Positions 20,352 to 28,343 of a stretch of 64,000 bases of DNA are shown here, one piece after another. Position 1 is the first letter of the stretch, and every line of letters begins with the position of its first letter. The notes below the pieces were generated by a model. It did not search any database. It had not been told where the DNA came from and was given only the letters and a program-made list of their open reading frames with translations. The position numbers and the translations under genes were made by a program. The stretch spans positions 52,993-116,992 of the forward strand of contig VBKI01000064.1 in NCBI GenBank assembly GCA_005879535.1, read 5' to 3'. This stretch comes from Deltaproteobacteria bacterium. GTDB taxonomy: Bacteria > Myxococcota > Myxococcia > Myxococcales > 40CM-4-68-19.

Positions 20352-22292
20352 TCAGAAACCGTACGTGCCGCTCTTCGTGCCGCTGCTCCTCGCGTGCGGT
20401 CCGTTGACGCCGACGGTGACCCGGAAGATGGCGGAGAGCGTACCGGCGGTGGGCGACGGCGCGCATGCGTGCCCGGGCGCCGCGGTGGTGGGCGTCTTGT
20501 TCGTGTTGGCGACGTCGAAGCCCAGGACGGTGCCGTTGTACCAAACGCCGAACTCGGTCTGCACGATGCAGGCGCCATTCACCGTGTTTGCGACGGTGCA
20601 AGGCAACGTAGGGTTCGCCGCCGAGACCGCCTCACGACTCAAGTCCATCGCGCCGAGATTGTCGAGCATTGCGTCGCCGCCGTACTTCGTCAGCTTGAGC
20701 CCGTCCTTTGGCGCTGTCAGATCCACGGTAAAGTTCGTCCCGATCGTTGGCAGGTTCAGATAGCTATCGAGGACCTGGACGGACGCGGACAGAATGGAGG
20801 TATTCGACGCGTTGTTGTCGATGTAATCCGCGCAAGTCTGGGGTGCGGGAGCCCAGGCGCTGAAGATAGGCGCGCCGACCTCGGTAAACACCACCCACGT
20901 CGGAGCCCAGATCGTCCGGTCGGAATCCCAGATGCCGTTCGGCGGATTGTACGCCGCGCAGCTCGCCCCGCCGCAGAAACGGTCTTCGGTGACCGGGTCA
21001 TAGGCATTGTCGTCGTTGGCGTCGATGAAGGGGTCGCCCTGGTCGACGAACAGCTCCCCGGCGGTGTACTGCCCGTCGAGATTGGCATCGACGAAGGCTT
21101 CCTCGCCGCGGACCATGGCGATGATCGTCACGAGCTGATCGCGCGGGTTGGCGGAACCCTGGAACGGCTCGGCCGCGCGAGGCTTCGGAAACTGCGTCGC
21201 GTCTGCGGCGAAGGGAGCCGTCTCGACCGGACCGAAGCCGCCCGCCGGATCGGACGAGAACGTCACGGTGACGGTGCCCTCGTCCGGATCCGTCGGGTTG
21301 TTGAGGTCGAACGGCTTGGTCGTGGCGCTCGCGCTGATCGCGCCCGTTTCGGCGGCGAAATAGACCGGCGTGGCGATCCCGACGCGGTTCCCGTAGCGAT
21401 CGGAGAGGCGGACGCTGCACTCGCTGGTCTCGTACTCCAGGGTCGTCGTGTAGACCGGCAGGTTGATCCGGTTGCAACGGAAATAGAAGCCGGACGCCGA
21501 CGGCTTGGCCCCGCGCACCGCGATCGGCTGGGAGCCCGAAGCTCCGGTCGCCGTCACCGTGGCGGTGATCGCCGTAATACCGACTTGTGGCCCGGCGTCG
21601 TATCCGACGGAGACGGTGCCGTCCCCGCTGGTGACTGCGCTGGCTTGCGCCAGCGTCACGAGGGCCGGTTGCTTCTGGCCGAAGGTGACCGTGGCGCCGG
21701 ACACTGCCCGGCCGCTCGCATCGGTGACGAGGAATGTGGTGACGCCGGTCTCCTGGATTCCGGATCCCTTGAGACCGAGGACCGCCGGAGCAGAGGCCGT
21801 GGCAGTCACCGAGGCCGCGGCACCCGCCGGTCCGACGACGATGGGGCCCGCATCGGTGCCGCCGGACGTCGGGCCTGCATCCGTTCCTGTGGACGACGGA
21901 CCCTGGAGCGTCACGCGGGTTCCGTTCGCCACGGTCGACCAACTCGCGGTCACTACGACGCTGCCGGCTCCGCAATGGGTGGGGTCGAGCGTGAAGTCGC
22001 AGGCATAAGTCACGGTCGCGTGCCCGGCGGCATCCAGCGTCAGCGTGGCCGCCGTCGTGCCGGTGCCGTTGACGTTGCCCGCGGAGGCGAGGAACGAGAT
22101 GTTCCCGGTCGCGGCACGGCCCGCGGCGTCGGTCACGCTGGCGGTGACGTGGGCGAGCGAGCCGTCGTTGTTCAGCGCGCTGACGTCCGAGCTGAGCCCG
22201 ACGGTGCCAACCGAAGGCGCCTGCGTCGTCTCCGCGCAGGCAAAGGAAAGCGCCACGGCCACGACGCCACAGATGTTGCGAGCGAGATTCAC
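20352..22292 (-). CDS. Large surface lipoprotein with bacterial Ig-like (Big-type) repeats
   Basis: GTG start gives MNLARNICGVVAVALSFAC (lipobox). It carries repeated Thr/Ala/Gly-rich beta-sandwich-like segments (AHVTASVTDAAGRAATGN..., TFLVTDASGRAVSGATVTF...) and a Cys-containing C-terminal domain. Confidence 0.75.
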   Translation of the reverse strand: MNLARNICGVVAVALSFACAETTQAPSVGTVGLSSDVSALNNDGSLAHVTASVTDAAGRAATGNISFLASAGNVNGTGTTAATLTLDAAGHATVTYACDFTLDPTHCGAGSVVVTASWSTVANGTRVTLQGPSSTGTDAGPTSGGTDAGPIVVGPAGAAASVTATASAPAVLGLKGSGIQETGVTTFLVTDASGRAVSGATVTFGQKQPALVTLAQASAVTSGDGTVSVGYDAGPQVGITAITATVTATGASGSQPIAVRGAKPSASGFYFRCNRINLPVYTTTLEYETSECSVRLSDRYGNRVGIATPVYFAAETGAISASATTKPFDLNNPTDPDEGTVTVTFSSDPAGGFGPVETAPFAADATQFPKPRAAEPFQGSANPRDQLVTIIAMVRGEEAFVDANLDGQYTAGELFVDQGDPFIDANDDNAYDPVTEDRFCGGASCAAYNPPNGIWDSDRTIWAPTWVVFTEVGAPIFSAWAPAPQTCADYIDNNASNTSILSASVQVLDSYLNLPTIGTNFTVDLTAPKDGLKLTKYGGDAMLDNLGAMDLSREAVSAANPTLPCTVANTVNGACIVQTEFGVWYNGTVLGFDVANTNKTPTTAAPGHACAPSPTAGTLSAIFRVTVGVNGPHARSSGTKSGTYGF

Positions 22293-22404
22293 GAAGTACC
22301 CCTCCGGCAGCGCCGCAACGGCGCGGTCCGACCGTTATCGGGTGGCGTGGAAAGGCGCGTCCATTTTTCAACTGGGCGCGGATGTGAGCGCGTGGGGGCG
22401 GGGG

Positions 22405-23454
22405 TCAGGCGATGGAAGCCAGCTCCGGATCCGCTCGCACCGCTGCCGCCGACGCTCCCGCCTCCAGCGCGCGGCGGAGCCAGTTGCGCGCGCGATCGGA
22501 GGCGCCGGCGCGCAAGTTGGCGCGCGCCGCGACCACCGCCGCGTCCGCGCTCTGCCAGATCGAGAAGCTCTGGCCGGCGAGCATCGCCGCCGACTCGTTG
22601 TCCCCGCGCGCAAGCTCGATCCCGGCCCGCAGCCGGAGCGCGGCCGCCTGACGGAAGGGGCCTCCGCCGCTTTCGAGGCGGACGGCCGCGGCGATCGCGG
22701 AGTCGAAATCGCGGCGCTGGAGCGCGCTGCGGGCGTCTTCCATCGCTGCCGCGACGTCGCCGCGCTCGACGGCGTCTTCCTCCGCCACCGCCGCCGGAGC
22801 GACGGCAGCGCGTTCGTGGGCGGCGGCCGCCCGCGCCCGCTGGAAGTTCTGCAGCGCGAACAGGCCGAGCCAGAGCAGCGCAAACGGGTCGGGCCCGAAG
22901 ATCAGGGTGACGGCGCCGGCGACGGCGAGCGCCATGACCAGCGAGATCCAGGAGGCGAGCGCGACGGACGGCTTGCGCCGTACCCCTTCGATGAAGGCGA
23001 GCATCATATTCCCGCCGTCGAGCGGCAGGATCGGAAGCAGGTTGAAGGCGGCCCAGACGACGCTGACCCAGACGAACTGCGCCATCACGAACGCGCTCAC
23101 CGAACCTCGCTCCGGGGGGAGAACGCGAACGATCCCGTACGCGAGCAAGCCGAGAAGCAGCCCGGCGACGGGTCCCGCGAAGGAGAGGACGAACTGCCGC
23201 CCCGGCCGCGGCCGGGAGCGGAACTGGGGAAAGGTCACCCCGCCGAACGCCTCCAGGCGGATCTCCGGGCGGCCGCCGAATGCCCGACCGAGGATGGCGT
23301 GGCCCAGCTCGTGCACCAGCACGCTGACGAAGACGACGAAGATCCAGGCCGCCATCCTCCAGCCGAACCCGTACCCCGCGCCGAGAAGAATGGCGCTGAG
23401 GAAGAACCAGGGATAGACGGAGACGGGGAACGGGCCGACCTTGAATCGGAGCAC
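22405..23454 (-). CDS. M50 (site-2 protease family) membrane metalloprotease with a C-terminal TPR-like tail
   Basis: HELGH motif (VSVLVHELGHAILG) and NLLPILPLDGG. The probable GTG start at 23454 gives VLRFKVGPFPVSVYPWFFL. The alternative start at 23526 is less likely. Confidence 0.85.
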   Translation of the reverse strand: MLRFKVGPFPVSVYPWFFLSAILLGAGYGFGWRMAAWIFVVFVSVLVHELGHAILGRAFGGRPEIRLEAFGGVTFPQFRSRPRPGRQFVLSFAGPVAGLLLGLLAYGIVRVLPPERGSVSAFVMAQFVWVSVVWAAFNLLPILPLDGGNMMLAFIEGVRRKPSVALASWISLVMALAVAGAVTLIFGPDPFALLWLGLFALQNFQRARAAAAHERAAVAPAAVAEEDAVERGDVAAAMEDARSALQRRDFDSAIAAAVRLESGGGPFRQAAALRLRAGIELARGDNESAAMLAGQSFSIWQSADAAVVAARANLRAGASDRARNWLRRALEAGASAAAVRADPELASIA

Positions 23455-23496
23455 GGCCCCCGAGTGTATCCGCCGCGAGCGGGCTGCGCAGCCGCC

Positions 23497-23525
23497 TTGA
23501 CCCGACGGTGTTGCGCGGGTACTCA
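23497..23525 (+). promoter_or_regulatory. Possible promoter of KamA paralog 2 (TTGACC-17 nt-TACTCA), followed by GGAGG at 23534-23538
   Basis: Hexamers and the SD sequence were read in the 95-bp divergent spacer between the M50 protease and the KamA-2 ATG at 23550. Confidence 0.4.
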
Positions 23526-23549
23526 CGCACTGCGGAGGAATTCTTGAGC

Positions 23550-24917
23550 ATGTCGGCAGCGCGGCAGGCGCCGAAGCAGAAGTCGGAGCAGCCTTTTCAC
23601 TATCCCCTCGACCGCGGTTACGCCGAGCCAGACTGGACGCGGTTCCCGGGCTATCGCGCAGTCACGCGGGCGGACTGGGAGGACGCCACCTGGCAGCGGA
23701 AGAACACGGTCAAGACGCTCGCCGAGCTGAAGGAGGCGCTCGGCGCGTTCCTGACGGACGCGCTCGCCGAGGACATGGCGCGCGACATCCGCGAGCGCGC
23801 CACCATGTCCATGCTGATCACGCCGCACATGATCAACACCATGGACGAGCGGAACCTCTATGAGGACCCGCTCCGGCGCTACATGCTTCCCGCGTTCAGC
23901 GACCGGCGCACCGACTGGCCCAGCCACCCCAAGGCGTCGCGCGACAGCCTGCACGAGGCGGAGATGTGGAAGGTGGAAGGGCTCACGCATCGCTACCCGA
24001 CCAAGGTGCTGGCGGAGATGCTCTCCACCTGCCCGCAGTACTGCGGGCATTGCACGCGCATGGACCTGGTGGGGAACTCCGTCCCCCAGGTCAAGAAGCT
24101 GAAGTTCGCGGTGGCGCAGAAGGATCGGCACCAGCAGATGCTCGACTACCTGCGCGCGACGCCAAGCGTGCGCGACGTGGTGGTCTCCGGCGGCGACATC
24201 GCGAACATGCCCATCCAGCAGCTCGAGCCGTTCGTTTCCGCGCTGCTCGACCTGCCGAACATCAAGGATGTGCGGCTCGCCTCCAAGGGCCTGATGGGAA
24301 TCCCGCAGCACTTCCTCCAGGACGAGGTGCTTTCCGGCCTGGATCGGCTGGCGAAGAGGGCGTTCTCGCGCGGCGTGAACCTGTCCTTGCACACGCACGT
24401 GAACCACGCGAACCAGGTGACGCCGCTGTTGGGCAAGGCGGCGGGTGCGCTTCTCTCGATGGGCTTTCGCGACGTCCGCAACCAGGGAGTGCTGCTGCGC
24501 GGCGTGAACGACTCGCAGAAGGCGCTGCTCGACCTCTGCTTCATGCTCCAGGACCACGCGCGCGTGCTGCCGTACTACTTCTATATGTGCGACATGATCC
24601 CCAACTCCGAGCACTGGCGCACCACCGTCGGGGAGGCGGAGAAGCTCCAGCACGACATCATGGGATATCTGCCCGGCTTCGCGACGCCGCGCATCGTCTG
24701 CGACGTGCCCTACGTGGGGAAGCGCTGGGTGCACCAGCTCGCCGAGTACGATCGGGAGAAGGGCATCTCGTACTGGACGAAGAACTACCGGACGGGGATC
24801 GAGGAGAACGATCCCGAGGCGATGACGCGCCGGTACGAGTACTACGACCCGATCTACCTGCTGCCCGAGTCGGGGCAGCGCTGGTGGCGGGAGCAGGTGG
24901 CCAAGGGCGCTGGCTGA
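23550..24917 (+). CDS. KamA-family radical SAM aminomutase, divergent paralog 2 (455 aa)
   Basis: CPQYCGHCTRMD cluster, SGGDIANM, RNQGVLLRGVNDS and LPYYFYMCDMIPNSEHWR. The usual D.PGGGGK motif is replaced by CDVPYVGKR. It also has a long N-terminal extension (about 130 aa before the first clearly KamA-like segment). Confidence 0.9.
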   Translation: MSAARQAPKQKSEQPFHYPLDRGYAEPDWTRFPGYRAVTRADWEDATWQRKNTVKTLAELKEALGAFLTDALAEDMARDIRERATMSMLITPHMINTMDERNLYEDPLRRYMLPAFSDRRTDWPSHPKASRDSLHEAEMWKVEGLTHRYPTKVLAEMLSTCPQYCGHCTRMDLVGNSVPQVKKLKFAVAQKDRHQQMLDYLRATPSVRDVVVSGGDIANMPIQQLEPFVSALLDLPNIKDVRLASKGLMGIPQHFLQDEVLSGLDRLAKRAFSRGVNLSLHTHVNHANQVTPLLGKAAGALLSMGFRDVRNQGVLLRGVNDSQKALLDLCFMLQDHARVLPYYFYMCDMIPNSEHWRTTVGEAEKLQHDIMGYLPGFATPRIVCDVPYVGKRWVHQLAEYDREKGISYWTKNYRTGIEENDPEAMTRRYEYYDPIYLLPESGQRWWREQVAKGAG

Positions 24918-25015
24918 CATCGCGCGCGCGCCGCTCTTGCGTGGCGCGTTTCGCCGCGGTAATTGCGTCGGCGAATCCGGGAAAGCGCCCTTTGAGACTT
25001 ACCAGAGGTTTGCCG

Positions 25016-26263
25016 ATGCGCGCTGCGTGCGCTTTGGTGATGGCTGCGATGGCGTGGACCGCCTGCAGCAGCGCCGGGTCCCGCTACGACGAGCTCGTCG
25101 TGCAGACGATCTCCGCGCAGTGGCCCGGGACGCCGCTCGAAGGCATCCGCGTGCAGGTCGACGATTCGGCCTGGGCCTCTACGGACGCGCACGGGAACGC
25201 CACCTTCCGCAACGTCGGCCGGCCGTTCACGGTGCGCACGTACATGACCTATCAGGGGGCGGCGCTGTACCACCGGGTGGCGGAGGTCGACGGCCTCGAC
25301 GCGAATCCCGCCGTGGTCCCGCTGGACAACCTCCACTACGACTCCAACGAGGCGACAATCGCCGGCGTCGTCACAAACCTCTCCGGCAGCGCAGCGTCGC
25401 TCGTCCAGGTGATCGCGGCGAAGCCGGGGGGAAGCCTCTGGCGGGCGCAAGTCGCCCCCGATGGGTCGTTCCAGGTCCAAGTGCATTGGGAAGGTCCGAG
25501 CACGAATTCCTTGGCCGTGCACGCCTTCGAATCGGACACGGCCAACCCGCCCACGCACTACCTCGGATACGGCTCGCTCACCCTCCCGGTCTCCAACGGC
25601 GTCGCCGTGACGGGCTTGACGGTGCCGCTGGGCCCAGTGGCCGAGGCCCACGTCGCCGGCAACCTCGAGATCGCGGGGGCGCTCGGCGAAGGAACGTACT
25701 TGTTGGGACTGTGGCTCAAATTCCCGGACGAGTCGGCCGTCCCGCTCGTCCGCTCGCCGGCCGGCGGCAGGGCCGGCGTTTCCGGCCCGTTCGATCATGT
25801 CGTTCCCATGGTCGGCGCGCCTTTGTCGGTCAGCTTTTCATTCTTCGGCGGGAACACGGGGATCTCTGCGGGAGAGCGGCAGCGCGTGGAGGTCGGCGGA
25901 GGCGCTCCGGCAACCGGCCTCGCCTTCGAGGTCGGCGTACCCGTGTCTTTCGTCGAGCCGGCCGCCGGCGCGCCCATAGGCACCGGCACGTCCTTTCGCT
26001 GGGCCGCGGGGCCGGACGGGGCGAACTACGATCTCCTGGTTCTCTGTCAGGACACGGTCGGACTCGATCGCCGGGCGTTGTGGTGGGAAATCAGGACCAG
26101 CGCCACGCAGGCGCGCCTGCCCTCGGTGCCCTTCTTCGCCACCGCGGTCGGCGCGGCCTGCGACTGGCAGGTCTCGTGGCAGAAGTTTCCTCTGCCCGTC
26201 GCCGACGTCCTCCCTCCGGGCAGATGGTCCGATAGCGCTCTCCGAACGGCGGTCTGGCAGTAG
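25016..26263 (+). CDS. Hypothetical lipoprotein (415 aa)
   Basis: The ATG at 25016 gives MRAACALVMAAMAWTAC. The composition is beta-rich and no known motif was found. The upstream 350 codons of ORF 23966..26263 are an out-of-frame read through KamA-2. Confidence 0.65.
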   Translation: MRAACALVMAAMAWTACSSAGSRYDELVVQTISAQWPGTPLEGIRVQVDDSAWASTDAHGNATFRNVGRPFTVRTYMTYQGAALYHRVAEVDGLDANPAVVPLDNLHYDSNEATIAGVVTNLSGSAASLVQVIAAKPGGSLWRAQVAPDGSFQVQVHWEGPSTNSLAVHAFESDTANPPTHYLGYGSLTLPVSNGVAVTGLTVPLGPVAEAHVAGNLEIAGALGEGTYLLGLWLKFPDESAVPLVRSPAGGRAGVSGPFDHVVPMVGAPLSVSFSFFGGNTGISAGERQRVEVGGGAPATGLAFEVGVPVSFVEPAAGAPIGTGTSFRWAAGPDGANYDLLVLCQDTVGLDRRALWWEIRTSATQARLPSVPFFATAVGAACDWQVSWQKFPLPVADVLPPGRWSDSALRTAVWQ

Positions 26264-26269
26264 CTGCGC

Positions 26270-27202
26270 TCAGATGTGATCGAGCAGCGCCAGGTCGGTC
26301 GGCCCGCCACGCTCGGGCAACGAGGTCGCGCCGTCGAGCGGAGCGATCATCGCGATCGCGGTGTGGCGGTCCGGCGCGTCGAACATCTCGCGCAGTTGCC
26401 CCGCGGGCCAAAGCCGCAGCCGGGTGCGGCCTGCGCGGTGGAGACAGTCGCGCAACCCGCTGAGCACGCGATCGCGCGCGGCGTCGTCGGTCCACGCCGC
26501 TTCCAGCACGTCGAGGCTGTCGCGACCGAAGCGCAGCATCGCGGCGCCTTCGCCGGAGCGGCCTTCGGCGATGAGCCCCCACTCCGGCTCGCCAGACCCG
26601 CGCGCCCGCGCCAGCTCGCGAAGGCGGCGGAGCTGGAAGCGCAGGGTCCAGCCATCGCGGGCGAGCGCGAAGCGGCCGGAGGTGCCGCAAGAGGCTGCGA
26701 AGAGGCGGGTCATCAGGGGCTCGTCGCCGGCCAGCGCGGGGCGGGTGGCCGCCGGAATGTGCGGAAGCTCGGCGGCGTCCACCGTGCACTCCCGGCTCTC
26801 CACCACGCGGAATCCGAGCCCCTCGTAGTAGTGGATCGGGATATCGGAAAAGAGTACGGCGGCCTGGGCGCCGGCCGACGCGGACTCGTCCATCGCGGCG
26901 CGCAGCATCGCCGCCGCGTACCCGCGCCGGCGCAATTCGGGGGGAGTGAAGACGGCGCCGACGCCGAGCACGCGCAGCGGCCGGCCCGCGCAGGTGGCCC
27001 GGAGGTCGTACGTCTTCATCGCCGAGGTGAGCCTTCCGTTCGCGAACCACCCGAGGAGCCGGTAGCGGTCGCGTGACTCCGGCGCGTCGGCGAGGCGGCG
27101 CTGAAAAAGCTGGAACCGGTCCTCGGAAAGTCCGCCCCCCCAGATCGGCTGGATGCCCCGGAAGTAGGCGGCCCGCTCCTCGCCGGTCAGCTCGCGCAAC
27201 AT
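26270..27202 (-). CDS. GNAT-family N-acetyltransferase with an extra C-terminal domain (310 aa)
   Basis: The ATG at 27202 starts MLRELTGEER. The acetyl-CoA motif is VGAVFTPPELRRRGYAAAMLRAAM...YYEGLGF. The C-terminal 150 aa are unassigned. Confidence 0.75.
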   Translation of the reverse strand: MLRELTGEERAAYFRGIQPIWGGGLSEDRFQLFQRRLADAPESRDRYRLLGWFANGRLTSAMKTYDLRATCAGRPLRVLGVGAVFTPPELRRRGYAAAMLRAAMDESASAGAQAAVLFSDIPIHYYEGLGFRVVESRECTVDAAELPHIPAATRPALAGDEPLMTRLFAASCGTSGRFALARDGWTLRFQLRRLRELARARGSGEPEWGLIAEGRSGEGAAMLRFGRDSLDVLEAAWTDDAARDRVLSGLRDCLHRAGRTRLRLWPAGQLREMFDAPDRHTAIAMIAPLDGATSLPERGGPTDLALLDHI

Positions 27203-27275
27203 CGGCCGGACCGTACCATGCGTTCCGCTTTCCGATCGGGTCTGCATTCTATAGGGTGCGGCCGTGGACGTCCCG

Positions 27276-27716
27276 ATGGCAACCCGCTTCTTCTCGCTGC
27301 GCGAGGCCAACGCGCTGTTGTCCACGCTACAGGACGAGTTCACCCGCGCGCGCCAGCTTCGCGACGATCTCATGGGCGTGCAGCAGAAGCTGCAGGAGGC
27401 GGGGCGCGGCATCGACGGTCCCGACGTGCAGATCGATCCCGAGGCGCCAGTGGCCGTGCAGCGCCTGCAGGGTCGCGCCGTCCAGATCATCGGCAAGCTG
27501 CGCGACATCCTCCGCGACGTGGCCGAGCTGGGCGTGGAAGTGAAGGCCGCAGACGGATTGGTGGACTTCCGCAGCCGGCTGCACGGTCGTACCGTCCTCC
27601 TCTGCTGGAAGTACGGCGAGGACCGGGTCGGGTTCTTTCACGAGCTGGACGCCGGCTTCTCCGGGCGCCGTCCTTTGCCGGCGGACGGCGACTTCATCGG
27701 CGACCTGCTGCAGTAG
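27276..27716 (+). CDS. DUF2203-family protein
   Basis: MATRFFSLREANALLSTLQDEFTRARQL resembles the DUF2203 N-terminus, recalled from memory. A GTG at 27264 is an alternative start. Confidence 0.65.
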   Translation: MATRFFSLREANALLSTLQDEFTRARQLRDDLMGVQQKLQEAGRGIDGPDVQIDPEAPVAVQRLQGRAVQIIGKLRDILRDVAELGVEVKAADGLVDFRSRLHGRTVLLCWKYGEDRVGFFHELDAGFSGRRPLPADGDFIGDLLQ

Positions 27717-28097
27717 TTAACTCCGCGCGATCAGCTCGATCTCCACCCGCGCCCCCTTGGGAAGCGCCGCCACCTGCACGGTGCTGCGCGCCGGCGGGCT
27801 GCGGGGAAAGCGCTTGCCGTAGATCTCGTTCACAGTGGCGAAATCGGCGAGATCGACGACGAAGATGGTCGCCTTCACCACGTTCTCGAAGCCGGCGCCA
27901 GCTCCGTCGAGCACCGCCGCCAGGTTGTCCATCACCCGCTCGGTCTGGGCACGGATGTCGCCCTGCACCATCTGCTGGGTATTGGGGTCGAGGGCGATCT
28001 GGCCGCTGGTGAAGATCAGGTCGCCCGCGATCACCGCCTGCGAGTAGGGGCCGATCGCCTTGGGTGCCTTGTCCGTGATCACGATTCCGTTCGGCAT
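27717..28097 (-). CDS. ridA: RidA (YjgF/TdcF) reactive-intermediate deaminase
   Basis: APKAIGPYSQAV..GDLIFTSGQIALDP...KATIFVVDLADFATVNEIY...PARSTVQVAALPKGARVEIE. Confidence 0.93.
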   Translation of the reverse strand: MPNGIVITDKAPKAIGPYSQAVIAGDLIFTSGQIALDPNTQQMVQGDIRAQTERVMDNLAAVLDGAGAGFENVVKATIFVVDLADFATVNEIYGKRFPRSPPARSTVQVAALPKGARVEIELIARS

Positions 28098-28139
28098 TGC
28101 GGGCGGAACTAAGCCCTCGCGCCCGCTGCCGTCAAGGCA

Positions 28140-28343
28140 TCAGTTCACGCGGACGCAGCGCTCGCCGTCCTTGTTGTCCGGACGGTATTCGTACTCGCCG
28201 ATCCAGCCCTGCGCCTTGTTCTGCATGGTGCAGGCGCTGCATTCGACCCGCTTCTCTCCGGTGACGCGGTCGCAGTCGGAGAGATCCTTGATTGCGTGGG
28301 CACAGCCGCAAGCCAGCAGCACGAGCAGGAGCGTAGCTCTCAT
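28140..28343 (-). CDS. Small Cys-rich lipoprotein (67 aa), translationally coupled to relA
   Basis: MRATLLLVLLAC (lipobox) followed by GCAHAIKDLSDCDRVTGEKRVECSACTMQNK...ERCVRVN. Its ATG overlaps the relA TGA in the sequence ATGA (28340-28343). Confidence 0.55.
   Translation of the reverse strand: MRATLLLVLLACGCAHAIKDLSDCDRVTGEKRVECSACTMQNKAQGWIGEYEYRPDNKDGERCVRVN

Noticed and set aside
19302-22910. 1202-aa plus-strand ORF. Similar giant ORFs are 38913..42137 (minus, 1074 aa), 42313..45531 (plus, 1072 aa), 35402..37810, 36391..38898, 1210..2868, 5487..6908 and 5489..7381.
   Set aside because: These are Arg/Ala/Gly/Pro-rich, motif-free translations lying antisense to or out of frame with strongly recognisable genes (KamA, Ig-like protein, treY, mutS2, Hsp70, hslV/ddl). 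Long stop-free antisense frames are expected at about 70% GC.
23966-26263. 765-aa ORF spanning KamA-2 and the lipoprotein.
   Set aside because: The first 350 codons are an alternative frame of KamA-2 with no motifs. A lipoprotein signal peptide appears at ATG 25016, which I take as the true start.
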